From contig JBBRLX010000021.1 in assembly GCA_038231135.1 (NCBI GenBank), positions 1 to 64,000 of the forward strand: 64,000 bases of DNA. Direction: 5' to 3'. Position numbers and translations under genes: made by a program. This DNA comes from Candidatus Eiseniibacteriota bacterium. Its GTDB lineage: Bacteria; Eisenbacteria; RBG-16-71-46. The notes under the pieces were generated by a model. It ran no database searches and was not told the origin of the DNA. It was given only the letters and a program-made list of their open reading frames with translations. Below, piece after piece: positions 1 to 9,217 of this stretch (position 1 is its first letter; each line of letters begins with the position of its first letter).

Positions 1-1
1 C

Positions 2-289
2 GAGGAAGAGCGCACCGTCGCCAAAGACAACACCGTCACGCTCGATGGTGTGCGACTGCAGATCGCCAAGCAGCCCGGGCGTCTCACCTGTGCCGGAATG
101 CGTGTGACCGTTCGCCGGCACCTCGACGGCACCCATACGCTTTGGTCCGGCACTCGCTCACTCGGTCGCTTTGACCGTCACGCTCGCCCGATCACGCCGA
201 GCACACCCCAAAATCCCTCGACCTCTGACTCACCTCGAACGTCGATCCAGCCTGTGACACGATCCTTGGAGGTCAGTTCCGCGAGCTGA
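2..289 (+). CDS. Transposase, C-terminal fragment (ISNCY/IS481-like; runs off the window start)
   Basis: The frame from base 2 reads EEERTVAKDNTVTLDGVRLQI...RVTVRRHLDGTHTLW, matching the R-x-V-x-x-D-N-T-V...LQI...V-x-x-x-LDG C-terminal signature of these transposases. Confidence 0.75.
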   Translation, partial: EEERTVAKDNTVTLDGVRLQIAKQPGRLTCAGMRVTVRRHLDGTHTLWSGTRSLGRFDRHARPITPSTPQNPSTSDSPRTSIQPVTRSLEVSSAS

Positions 290-298
290 CCGCCAAAA

Positions 299-325
299 CA
301 GCCGGGGACCCAAAGTCCCCGGCTG
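299..325 (+). terminator. GC-rich hairpin after the transposase stop
   Basis: CAGCCGGGGAC-ccaaa-GTCCCCGGCTG, an 11-bp perfect stem with no U-tract. Confidence 0.4.
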
Positions 326-376
326 CCCGGCGGTCAGTTCACTTGCTAAACCCGGTCACTTCATTTGCGTTTAACA

Positions 377-657
377 GGTTCGCCGGAACGGCGGCGCAGC
401 GCTGGCATTCGGCCATCGCGCTCTCGAGTGTCGTCCAATGCGAGATCTGGGCGGGAGCGGGGGCTTAAGTCCGCTCCGCGGACGGAGACAAGGGTGCGAT
501 CACCGCGGGCGCTTCGGCCCCGGCCGGCGAGGCGAAGACCTCGAATACCGACGCGGCGAAATGGCCGCAATGGGTCGTGGAAGTGAACGACCTTTGGATT
601 ATCGGCCGCTCCAATGTTCCTCTGCTCACCTTGGCCGCACAGGGCAGCGTGCGGTAG
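377..657 (+). pseudogene. Degenerate PIN-domain (VapC-like) remnant, truncated at the IS end
   Basis: The frame from 379 gives IALSSVVQCEIWAGA, then TAA at 466, then EVNDLWII..SNVPLLT. These resemble the VapC SxVxxxEL and NDLWIA...PLLT motifs. Confidence 0.5.
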
Positions 658-666
658 CGTCCGATC

Positions 667-1143
667 ATGGATCGCGATGAACTGCTGAACCTGCTGCGGG
701 CGTTCGAAGCGCAGAGCCTCGAATATGTCCTGATTGGCGCGACGGCAATGGGATTTCATGGGCTCATTCGTGCGACTGAGGATGTGGACTTGATCGTGCG
801 TGCCACGCCGGACAATCTCGCCCGATTGAGGCGCGCCCTCAAGGCCGCTTATACCGAAGATCCCAATATCGACCAGATCCGCGACGACGATCTGCTCGGC
901 GAGTACCCTTCGGTACGGTACTACCCGCCCAGTGGCGACCTGTTTCTGGACGTCATGACCCGCCTGGGAGAGGCGGCCCGTTACGACACGATCGAAGCCG
1001 AGATCAAGGAACTCGACGGCATCCATGTACGGGTCGCCACCCCCTTGGCTCTGTTTCGTCTGAAGCGGGACACCGTGCGGCCCCTCGATCGCCAGGACGC
1101 GGCGGCACTCGCTCGGAAGTTTCACCTGAAGGAAGGCGACTGA
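667..1143 (+). CDS. Nucleotidyltransferase, AbiEii/MenT-like (DUF6036-type), putative toxin
   Basis: Motifs VLIGATAMGFHG, RATEDVD and C-terminal LKRDTVRPLDRQD. Confidence 0.8.
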   Translation: MDRDELLNLLRAFEAQSLEYVLIGATAMGFHGLIRATEDVDLIVRATPDNLARLRRALKAAYTEDPNIDQIRDDDLLGEYPSVRYYPPSGDLFLDVMTRLGEAARYDTIEAEIKELDGIHVRVATPLALFRLKRDTVRPLDRQDAAALARKFHLKEGD

Positions 1144-1144
1144 G

Positions 1145-1366
1145 ATGACGGTGGAGAGGTTCCGCTCGATGGAAGAGATGAACTCGGCGCCAATCCGTGT
1201 CCCGCCGGGGGACTCGTTCGAACGATTCCTTCGCCACTGCGCCCGCTACTGGAAGATCTCGCCGCGGCAATATCCGCGTGGCGTGTTCAAGTTTCGAACC
1301 GTCGAGGACGCGCAGGCTGCCCGGATCCGAATCTCCGAGGCGGGCCCGGGACCGCCGGAAGAGTAA
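1145..1366 (+). CDS. Small hypothetical protein, putative partner/antitoxin of the upstream NTase
   Basis: 73 aa; starts 1 nt after the NTase stop with an SD-like GAAGG upstream; YPRGVFKFRTVEDAQ motif. Confidence 0.7.
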   Translation: MTVERFRSMEEMNSAPIRVPPGDSFERFLRHCARYWKISPRQYPRGVFKFRTVEDAQAARIRISEAGPGPPEE

Positions 1367-1435
1367 TCCGTCCCGTTGCGCCGCCGCCCCGCAGGCAATC
1401 TCCCGGATGCGCGCGCCCTGTGTTTCAGCAGCGGT

Positions 1436-2026
1436 TCACCGCAACTCCAGCAGCGCGGCCACTTCCTTCCTCAACTCCTGGACGCCGGTCCCCTTGGCGG
1501 CGCTGACCCACGCGACATCCTGCGTCAGCATGCCGAGCGCGGCGGCCACGTCGCGGCGCTGGGCGAGCTGGCGGCTGGACTTCACGCGATCGACCTTGGT
1601 CGCAACGACCCGGAACGGCCGCTCGATCGATTGCAGCCATTCGATCATCTGGTGATCGAGCGGCGTGGGGCCGACCTCGGCGTCGACCAGCACGAAGATC
1701 ACGCGCAACGACTCGCGGGTCGTGAGGTAGCCCTCCAGCATCGCCCGCCAGGTCGAACGCTCCGTGGCCGACCCCGTCGCGAAACCATACCCCGGCAGGT
1801 CGACGATCCACCGGTCGGGACCGGTGAGGAACACGTTGATGAGCCGGGTGCGCCCGGGTGTCTTCGAGACTCGGGCCAGGTGTTTCTGCTGAACGAGCGC
1901 ATTGAGCAACGAGCTCTTCCCCACATTGGACCGGCCCACGAACGCGACTTCCGCATGACAGAACCCCAGCTGGGACACATCGGTGGCCGAAACCAGGAAT
2001 CGAGCGTCGGCAAGAGGCTGGGGCAT
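1436..2026 (-). CDS. engB: Ribosome biogenesis GTP-binding protein YihA/YsxC
   Basis: G1 GRSNVGKSS, G2 SKTPGRT, G3 DLPGYG, G4 TKVD. Confidence 0.95.
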   Translation of the reverse strand: MPQPLADARFLVSATDVSQLGFCHAEVAFVGRSNVGKSSLLNALVQQKHLARVSKTPGRTRLINVFLTGPDRWIVDLPGYGFATGSATERSTWRAMLEGYLTTRESLRVIFVLVDAEVGPTPLDHQMIEWLQSIERPFRVVATKVDRVKSSRQLAQRRDVAAALGMLTQDVAWVSAAKGTGVQELRKEVAALLELR

Positions 2027-2179
2027 TGCGACAGTGTATCGCGTCTGCCCTCGAATTCCCTCGGGGCGTGATCGCGAGCAGGACGAGCAGGCTCAGGAAC
2101 GGCCCCCGCGGTTCGACGAGCTCGCGAACCGACGGGAACACGCGCGGTCGCGCCGCCACGGGGCTGGGCTCCCGGCCGG

Positions 2180-4303
2180 TCAGGGCTTCGGCACCGGGAA
2201 TCCGTGGTCGCGCAGCAGGGCGTCGACGCTGGGCTCGCGCCCGCGGAAGTTGTGGAACGCGATGTCGGGATCGACGGTGTTGCCCACCGACATGATGTCG
2301 TCCTGGAAGCGCCGGGCCGTGGCCGGATCGTACGGATTGCCGGTCTCCATGAACGCCTCGAACGCGTCCTGGTCGAGCACCTCCGCCCATAGGTAACTGT
2401 AGTAGCCGGCGGCGTAGCCCTCACCCGCGAAAATGTGGCCGAAGTGCGGCAACCGGTGGCGCATGACGATCTCGTGCGGCATGCCGATCTCGGCCAGCGT
2501 CTTCGTCTCGAACGCCCTGGGGTCGACGGCGGTGTCACCCACGAGATGGATCTTCAGATCGACGATCGTGCTGGCCAGCGTTTCGACCGTCGCGAACCCG
2601 GCGTTGAACGTGTAGGCCCTGCGGATCTTGGCGACGAGAACGGCCGGCATCGCCTGCCCCTGGGCATTGACGAGGAACCGGTTCAGCACCTCGGGCGTGC
2701 TCAGGAAGTGCTCATGCACCTGCGACGGGAACTCCACGAAGTCCCGCGCCACGTTCGTCCCCGACAGGGTGCCGTATTTCACGCGGCTGTTGAGCCCGTG
2801 GAGGGCGTGACCGAACTCGTGGAACATCGTGATGGCATCGTCCCACGAGATCAGCACCGGTTCGCCCGGCGCCGGCTTGATGAAGTTCGAGTTATTGGAC
2901 ACGATCGCCGCGACCGGCGCGTCGATCGCCTGCTGATCGCGATAGGAATCCATCCACGCGCCCGACCGCTTGCCGGCCCGCGCGTACGGGTCGAAGTACC
3001 ACAACCCCAGGTGGGCGCCGGCCCGATCCTTCACCTCGAACACACGTACGTCCGGATGGAACACCGGCACGCCGGTGACCGGCGTGAACGTGAAGCCGTA
3101 CAACTGGCCGGCCATCCAGAACATCGCCTCGCGCACCTTTTCGAGTTGCAGATAGGGCTTCACTTCGTTCATATCGAGATCGTATTTCGCCTTGCGCACC
3201 TGCTCGGCGTAGAACCGGTAGTCCCACGGCTCGATCTTGAACCCGCCGTGCTGGCCGTCGACGATCGCCTGCATGTCGGCGACGTCCTGGTGCACCTGCG
3301 CGACCGCGGGCTCCCACACCTTCATCGTCAGCGCGAGGGCCGTCTCGGGCGTCTTCGCCATGGTGTCGGCGAGCTTCCAGTGCGCGTAGGTGGGATAGCC
3401 CAGCAGTTTCGCCTTGTGGGTGCGCAGCGCGAGAATCTGCGGAATGAGCCCGTTGTTGTCGTGGGCGTCGCCGTTGTCGCCACGGGACATCCACATGCGG
3501 AACGCCTTCTCGCGCAGCGGGCGGTTCGACGCGTAGGTCAGGAATGGCTCCATGGACGAGCGCGTGTTCGCGATCATCCACTGGCCCTTGTGGCCGCGCT
3601 GTTCCGCCTCGGCCGCCGCGGCGTCGACGAGCGACTTCGGCAGACCGGCCAGACCCGCCGCGTTGTCGATCGCCAGCGCGTGGGTCTCTTCATCGGACAA
3701 CTGGTTGGCGCGAAACTTCGTGTAGAGCTGGGCGAGTTGCTGGTTGAGCACCGCGAGCTTCGCCTTGTCGGCCGCATTCAAGCGGGCGCCGTGGAACGTG
3801 AAATCCTTCCAGTAGACCCACGCCAGGCGCTGCTGTTCGGGGGTGAGCGACGCCTTGGCGGGCGAGTTGTAGACCGCCTCGATGCGCACATAGAGCCTGC
3901 CGTTCTGCGTGATCTTGTCGGCATGCGCGGCGAGCAGCGGCGCCAGCTCCGCCTCCACCGGCTGGAATTCCTTGCCGTTCAGACTGCCCGACCACACACC
4001 ATAGATCGCCTGCACGCGTTGCAGCGATTGCCCCGAGCGCTCGAGCGCCGCGATGGTGTTCTCGAACGTGGGAGCCTCGGCATTGCCTGCGATGACATCG
4101 ATCTCCTCGAGATTCTCCGCCATCGCCGCGAGCATCGCCGGCTTGAACTGCTCGACCTTGACCTGGTCGAACGGCGGCACCCCGCCATACGGCCCGGTCC
4201 AGTCCATCAGCAGCGGATTGCCGGTGCGTGACGGAGTCGACGCGCGCGCCGCGGCGGCGAACCCCAGCACCATGAATCCCAAGAGCAGCGAGCGTGTGAG
4301 CAT
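2180..4303 (-). CDS. dcp: M3 family metallopeptidase (peptidyl-dipeptidase Dcp-like) with signal peptide
   Basis: FHEFGHALH zinc motif, RDFVEFPSQ, GYYSYLWAE, GKRSGAWM. Start set at MLTRSLLLG; the ORF track extends it spuriously to 5884. Confidence 0.92.
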   Translation of the reverse strand: MLTRSLLLGFMVLGFAAAARASTPSRTGNPLLMDWTGPYGGVPPFDQVKVEQFKPAMLAAMAENLEEIDVIAGNAEAPTFENTIAALERSGQSLQRVQAIYGVWSGSLNGKEFQPVEAELAPLLAAHADKITQNGRLYVRIEAVYNSPAKASLTPEQQRLAWVYWKDFTFHGARLNAADKAKLAVLNQQLAQLYTKFRANQLSDEETHALAIDNAAGLAGLPKSLVDAAAAEAEQRGHKGQWMIANTRSSMEPFLTYASNRPLREKAFRMWMSRGDNGDAHDNNGLIPQILALRTHKAKLLGYPTYAHWKLADTMAKTPETALALTMKVWEPAVAQVHQDVADMQAIVDGQHGGFKIEPWDYRFYAEQVRKAKYDLDMNEVKPYLQLEKVREAMFWMAGQLYGFTFTPVTGVPVFHPDVRVFEVKDRAGAHLGLWYFDPYARAGKRSGAWMDSYRDQQAIDAPVAAIVSNNSNFIKPAPGEPVLISWDDAITMFHEFGHALHGLNSRVKYGTLSGTNVARDFVEFPSQVHEHFLSTPEVLNRFLVNAQGQAMPAVLVAKIRRAYTFNAGFATVETLASTIVDLKIHLVGDTAVDPRAFETKTLAEIGMPHEIVMRHRLPHFGHIFAGEGYAAGYYSYLWAEVLDQDAFEAFMETGNPYDPATARRFQDDIMSVGNTVDPDIAFHNFRGREPSVDALLRDHGFPVPKP

Positions 4304-4615
4304 GGTATCCCCGGGTGATGCGTCCGCGACGGAGCGGCGTTTCGGCGCCGTGGCAGAGGCTCGTGTGGCTGCGAACTCTACAGGGGGACCAGAGCGTTGG
4401 GAAGCATTGGACGTCGTTCCGCGCGGCGCCCGCGCCCGTGACTGGAATTGCCGCGGCAGGGCCGCGAAGCCGTGAAGCCCGTTCATTGGTAGAGCGACCG
4501 ACCTGCGGCGTAATCTCTCGCCGCGCGGAACGGGCGCCTGGCCCGTATCACCGCATCCCGGGCGGCTGCGTTCGTCCCCGGTCGCAATGCTCCTCATTCC
4601 ACGGAGGCCGCTCCG

Positions 4616-5863
4616 ATGTCCTCGTATCCCGAAATCGAGCGCACGCTCACGCCGCAGCAGATTCAACTCCAGCAGGGCGTGCATGGCTTCGCGCGCGACG
4701 TCATGCGTCCCGCGGCCGCCGCGCTGGATCGGATGGCCGATCCCGCTCAGGTCATCGAGCGGGGCTCCCCGTTGTGGACGACGTTCTCGGCCGCATACCA
4801 GGCCGGGTTTCACACCGCGCTGATCCCGGTCGCATGCGGCGGGATGGGATTGACGGGACTGTCGCTGCAGATCGCGCTCGAGGAGATGGGATGGGGTTGC
4901 GCGGGACTGGCGACGAGCCTGGCGGTCGCGGGATTTCCGTTCATGTCGCTGGCGATGACGGGCGACCCGGCGATCATCGACGAATGGGTGCGGCCGTTCG
5001 TGGCCGACCGCACGGCCAGTCGCGTCGGGTGCTGGGCGATCACCGAGCCCGGGCACGGCTCCGATCACTTCTCGCCGGGCACGCCGGTGTTTCACAACAC
5101 GGCGATCTCCGGCGAGGCGACCGCGCGTGCGGCCGGCGATGAATTCGTTCTCAACGGACAGAAGTCGGCGTGGGTCTCGAACGGCACCATCGCGACTCAT
5201 GCGACCGTGCACCTGACGCTCGATCCGAGCCGGGGCATGACGGGCGGCGGGATCGCGTTCGTGCCGCTCGACGCGAAGGGCGTCACCAAGGACGCGCCGC
5301 TGGACAAGCTGGGCCAGCGCGCGCTGAATCAGGGCGCGATGACGTTCGACAACGTGCGGATTCCAAAGCGGTTCGTCCTCGTCGATCCCGACCACTACGA
5401 AGGCGCGCTGCGGCAGACGCTGGCGCTGACGAATGCCGCGATGGGCGCGGTGTTCACCGGCCTCGCGCGGGCCGCCTACGAGGAGGCGCTGGCTCACACC
5501 CAGACCCGCGTGCAGGGCGGCAAGCTGCTGTGCGAGCACCAGGTCGTGCAGATGCATCTGTTCGACATGTTCACGCGGGTGACGAACTGCCGGCTGCTGT
5601 CGCGGGCCGCGCTCGTCTACCAGGCGTCCGCGCAGCCGCCGACGCTCGAGTATTCCATCGCCTCGAAGGTCTACTGCGCCCGCGCCGCCCTCGACGTCGC
5701 CGACACCGCACTCCAGTTGTTCGGCGCGCGCGGATTGAGCAAGGGCTCGCTCATCGAGAAGCTGTTCCGCGATGCGCGCGCCACCCTGATCGAGGATGGT
5801 TCCAACGACGTGCTGGCGCTGGCGGGGGCGCAGGAGTTGCTGGCGCGCGGGGCGGCGAAGTAG
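4616..5863 (+). CDS. Acyl-CoA dehydrogenase family protein
   Basis: WAITEPGHGSD, LNGQKSAWVSNG, KLGQRA, QLFGARG, EKLFRDAR, IEDGSND. Confidence 0.93.
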   Translation: MSSYPEIERTLTPQQIQLQQGVHGFARDVMRPAAAALDRMADPAQVIERGSPLWTTFSAAYQAGFHTALIPVACGGMGLTGLSLQIALEEMGWGCAGLATSLAVAGFPFMSLAMTGDPAIIDEWVRPFVADRTASRVGCWAITEPGHGSDHFSPGTPVFHNTAISGEATARAAGDEFVLNGQKSAWVSNGTIATHATVHLTLDPSRGMTGGGIAFVPLDAKGVTKDAPLDKLGQRALNQGAMTFDNVRIPKRFVLVDPDHYEGALRQTLALTNAAMGAVFTGLARAAYEEALAHTQTRVQGGKLLCEHQVVQMHLFDMFTRVTNCRLLSRAALVYQASAQPPTLEYSIASKVYCARAALDVADTALQLFGARGLSKGSLIEKLFRDARATLIEDGSNDVLALAGAQELLARGAAK

Positions 5864-5915
5864 GAGCGGCACCCCGGCGGGCACGCTTCATCCCGCGCGA
5901 CGGCGCGGACCGGGG

Positions 5916-6128
5916 TCAGTCGCCCCGCTTGGTTCGCGGCGCCGGGTCCTCGTCGTGGCCGGGCCATGGCCGGCGGGGCTGAAGCCGCATCACGAGCTCG
6001 TGGGCGCCTTCGAGCCAGGCGAGTTTTTCCGCCAGCGTGAGATGCGCGAGGCGCCGGCGCTGGGCGCGGGCGTGATCCTCGAAGCCGGACTCCCACACCC
6101 GCTCCTCGAGCGGATCCCGCTCAGCCAC
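5916..6128 (-). CDS. Small hypothetical protein, putative partner/antitoxin of the adjacent NTase
   Basis: 70 aa; overlaps the NTase stop; helical motif QRRRLAHLTLAEKLAWLE. Confidence 0.7.
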   Translation of the reverse strand: MAERDPLEERVWESGFEDHARAQRRRLAHLTLAEKLAWLEGAHELVMRLQPRRPWPGHDEDPAPRTKRGD

Positions 6129-6636
6129 GTCCGGTCCCCGGCGGCGTACGCAGCGACTCGAGGCCTTCGACGTCCTGGAGATCCTGCGGGCGCCCGGCGC
6201 GGCGCTTCATCTCGAGCAGGTCGTCGATCCCGACGAACGTCGCCTGGACACCCTGCGCGATTTCGAACCGGACCGCGCGCGCGTAGGCGGGGCCGAACTC
6301 GAACGGACTCTCGACGAACAGGTCCAGCTCGGTCGCACGGTGATCGCCGCTGAACGTGGAGAACACGGTCAGCCCCTTGTCGCGCATCCAGCACGCGCGC
6401 TGTTCCGCATCCGCGAACGCGGCGAACTCGACCGGCGCCCGCGGCCGGTAGCCGAGCCCGGACAGCGCCTCGACCGCGCGCCGCAGCGATTCGGGGTCCG
6501 GGTCGAGCACCAGATCCACGTCGGCGGTAAAGCGCACGAGGCCATGCGCGACGACCGCGAGGCCGCCGACGATGAGGTAGCGGGCGTTCGCTTCGTTCAG
6601 CGCGCGGACGATGGCTTCGAGGCTGCGTCGTTCCAT
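6121..6636 (-). CDS. Nucleotidyltransferase, AbiEii/MenT-like (DUF6036-type), putative toxin
   Basis: YLIVGGLAVVAHG, RFTADVD, MKRRAGRPQDLQD; start at MERRSL. Confidence 0.8.
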   Translation of the reverse strand: MERRSLEAIVRALNEANARYLIVGGLAVVAHGLVRFTADVDLVLDPDPESLRRAVEALSGLGYRPRAPVEFAAFADAEQRACWMRDKGLTVFSTFSGDHRATELDLFVESPFEFGPAYARAVRFEIAQGVQATFVGIDDLLEMKRRAGRPQDLQDVEGLESLRTPPGTGRG

Positions 6637-7048
6637 GGCGTGGCCACCCGGGTCACTTCGAGGACGCGGCGGCAGCAGGTCTGCGCCGCGTTCGTCGCCC
6701 GATCCTAGCGCATCGCGCGTCCCGGGCGCGCCTGGCGCCGTCTGGGCGGGCCCAGGACATGCCTTGCCACGCTCAGGCGGCGTCCCGCAGGCGCCGGCGG
6801 CCGGAATATGGAAGTCGTCCACGTCCCGACGTTTCCGGCGGGGCGACCGATTTCTGATGCCGAACCGTCGCGGCCCGGGCTAGAGTGCACGCGGCTCCAC
6901 AGAGTCAGCGGCGCGCTTCGGTCGACGAAGCGCGTCAACGCAGGGCCGGACCGCTCGCGCGGCCGCGCCGCAGGCATGCATCTCGCGACGTTTGCGCATC
7001 GGGCGGCAGGGCGGGAGTCCGGTCAGACCTCAGACAGAGGTACCCCCC

Positions 7049-9199
7049 ATGCGCCGGTCCCCCCGACTCGGTTGGCTGCACCCCTCCCTGCGACGCGCGT
7101 TCGGTGTCGCACTCGTCGCGCTCCTGGTCCCCGCCGCCGCGTTCGCGATCGCGGGCAACGGCAAGCTGCAGATCCATCACATGGACATCGGCCAGGGCGA
7201 TGCCGCGCTGCTGATCTCGCCGAACGGCCAGACGGCGCTGTTCGACGACGGCAACTACCTGAGCTGCACCAACATCAAGAGCTACCTGCAGGGGCTCGGG
7301 CTCACCACCGTCGATTACCACTTCCTGTCCCACTATCATTCCGATCATCTGGGCTGCATCGACGATCTGGCCGCGATCGGCATCGTCATCGGCACCGCGG
7401 GCTACGATCGCGGCTATTCGTATTCGAGCGGCACCTACACGTCCTACGTGAATACGCTGGGCGCCAAGCGGCACACCATCGCGAAGAATCAGACGATCAC
7501 GCTCGACACGGGATCGGCGCACCCGGTCTCGATCAAGTGCGTCGACCTGAACGGCGCCGGTGTCTACTCGCCGAGCGGCAGCGACGAGAACGCCAAGAGC
7601 GCGGTGTACGAGGTGACGTACGGCAACTTCAACGAGGTCATCGGCGGCGACCTCACCGGGGACCCGGCGTCGAGCAACGACGTCGAGACCACGGTCGGAC
7701 CCGAGACCGGCGACGTCGAGGTGTACAAGGTCCACCACCACGGCTCGCAATATTCGAGCAACGACAACTGGCTGAACGCCGTCACCCCGGAGGTCGGCAT
7801 CATCTCGTGCGGCGACGGCAATTCGTACGGCCACCCGACGACCGCGGCGCTGACCCGCCTCCACAACCACGGCGTCCACACCTATTGGACCGAGACCGGC
7901 AACGGCGCGACGCCGAACCCGACCTGGGACAAGGTCGGCGGCACGATCGTGATCCAGGCGCAATGGGCCGCCGGCGCCACGTACACGGTGGCCGGTTCCG
8001 GGTTCACCGACACCTATACCAACGACGGGTCGGCGCCGCCCATCAACATCACGCAGGTCGCGGCCTCTGCGACAGTGCTCAAGGGCAGCATCAGCACCGG
8101 TGACTACACGCGGCTCGCGATCTCGGACGACGTGAAGATGTCGGTCTCGGCGGGCGTCACGGGCGGCAACTACTACACCGACTGGTATGGGTCGGTGTTC
8201 CTGTCCCATCCCCCGCTCGACCTGAAGGTGACCTACGAGGGCAACTTCACGATCTCGCGGACCCAGACGCTGTACCTGTGGAACTGGAGCACCAGCGCCT
8301 GGGACCAGTTCAACACCGCGACGGTGAGCACCACCGACGTGACCGCGAACTACAGCCCGGCATCGTTCGGCAACTATGTCGGGCCGTCGCGTGAGGTGCG
8401 GCTGCGCGTGAAGGGCGACGACCGGGCGGGCGGCAGCTACACGAGCCGCGGCGACTACCTGGCGGTCAACTACGACTACACGTCCGGCACTTCGCCCATG
8501 CTGGCTTCCAGCGGCCAGGCGGGCACGCTTGCGGCCGTGGCGGCGCCGGCGGCCATTGCGAGTGTGGCCAGCGCCACGCCATTGCTGCTGGCGTCGCGCG
8601 AGGCGCTCACGGACGCGATGCCCACCAGCGTCCTGCGCCGGATCGACGGCTCACCGACGCGTGACGGCGTGCAGCTCACGTGGACCGTGGGCAGCGGCGA
8701 TCACATCGACGGCTTCAACGTCTATCGCGAATCGGGCGATCGCGGCCTGGTATTCGCCGGGAACGACGCGACGATCACGGGACGTGGCGACGAGGCGATC
8801 TTCCGGTTCGTGGACCCGGGGGCCACGGCCGGTGGCACCTACTGGCTCGGCGCGCGCGCGTGCTCGGGCCCCGAGACGATGATCGGCCCGATCCGCGTCG
8901 AAGGCGCATCGGCACTCGTGACCGGACTCACGCTCACCATGGCGCCGAATCCGGCGTTCGAGGTGACGCGCTTCGGATTCACGCTGGAGCGTGCGGGGGC
9001 GGTGACGCTCGAGATCTTCGACCTGCAGGGCCGCCGCATCGCCACTCCATTCCGTGGGCACTCGGCGGCCGGCACGGTCGACGTGGACTGGTCGCTGCGC
9101 GACGACCAGGGCCGGCCTGTGGAAGCCGGCCTGTACTTCGCACGGCTGGAAACCGAGGGCCGGACGCTCTACACCCGGGTGAACATCGCCGCCCGCTGA
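7049..9199 (+). CDS. Secreted ComEC/Rec2-like metallo-beta-lactamase-fold hydrolase with C-terminal FlgD-Ig/T9SS-type tail
   Basis: Signal peptide; DIGQGDA, SHYHSDH, KVHHHGS, SCGDGNSYGHP; tail APNP...IFDLQGRRI...W...GLYFAR; SD AGAGG. Confidence 0.85.
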   Translation: MRRSPRLGWLHPSLRRAFGVALVALLVPAAAFAIAGNGKLQIHHMDIGQGDAALLISPNGQTALFDDGNYLSCTNIKSYLQGLGLTTVDYHFLSHYHSDHLGCIDDLAAIGIVIGTAGYDRGYSYSSGTYTSYVNTLGAKRHTIAKNQTITLDTGSAHPVSIKCVDLNGAGVYSPSGSDENAKSAVYEVTYGNFNEVIGGDLTGDPASSNDVETTVGPETGDVEVYKVHHHGSQYSSNDNWLNAVTPEVGIISCGDGNSYGHPTTAALTRLHNHGVHTYWTETGNGATPNPTWDKVGGTIVIQAQWAAGATYTVAGSGFTDTYTNDGSAPPINITQVAASATVLKGSISTGDYTRLAISDDVKMSVSAGVTGGNYYTDWYGSVFLSHPPLDLKVTYEGNFTISRTQTLYLWNWSTSAWDQFNTATVSTTDVTANYSPASFGNYVGPSREVRLRVKGDDRAGGSYTSRGDYLAVNYDYTSGTSPMLASSGQAGTLAAVAAPAAIASVASATPLLLASREALTDAMPTSVLRRIDGSPTRDGVQLTWTVGSGDHIDGFNVYRESGDRGLVFAGNDATITGRGDEAIFRFVDPGATAGGTYWLGARACSGPETMIGPIRVEGASALVTGLTLTMAPNPAFEVTRFGFTLERAGAVTLEIFDLQGRRIATPFRGHSAAGTVDVDWSLRDDQGRPVEAGLYFARLETEGRTLYTRVNIAAR

Positions 9200-9217
9200 A
9201 CGGGGCCGTTGAACTGC

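Larger units (their letters stand above)
1..376 (+). mobile_element. Right-hand part of an ISNCY/IS1202-like insertion sequence (left end outside window)
   Basis: A transposase C-terminus is followed by subterminal direct repeats CGGTCAGTTCACTTGC (331-346) and CGGTCACTTCATTTGC (353-368), then a terminal ...TTTAACA at 376 (5'-TGT on the minus strand). Confidence 0.7.

Noticed and set aside
377..404. Possible dif/Xer site next to the IS end (GGTTCGC resembles the start of a XerC arm; IS1202-family elements can target such sites)
   Set aside because: There is no XerD-like arm (TTATGTTAAAT) at the required spacing, and the match is only 7 bp.
2180..5884. 1234-aa ORF suggesting a giant M3 peptidase fusion
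   Set aside because: The N-terminal ~527 aa are the antisense shadow of the acyl-CoA dehydrogenase. The real start with signal peptide is at 4303.
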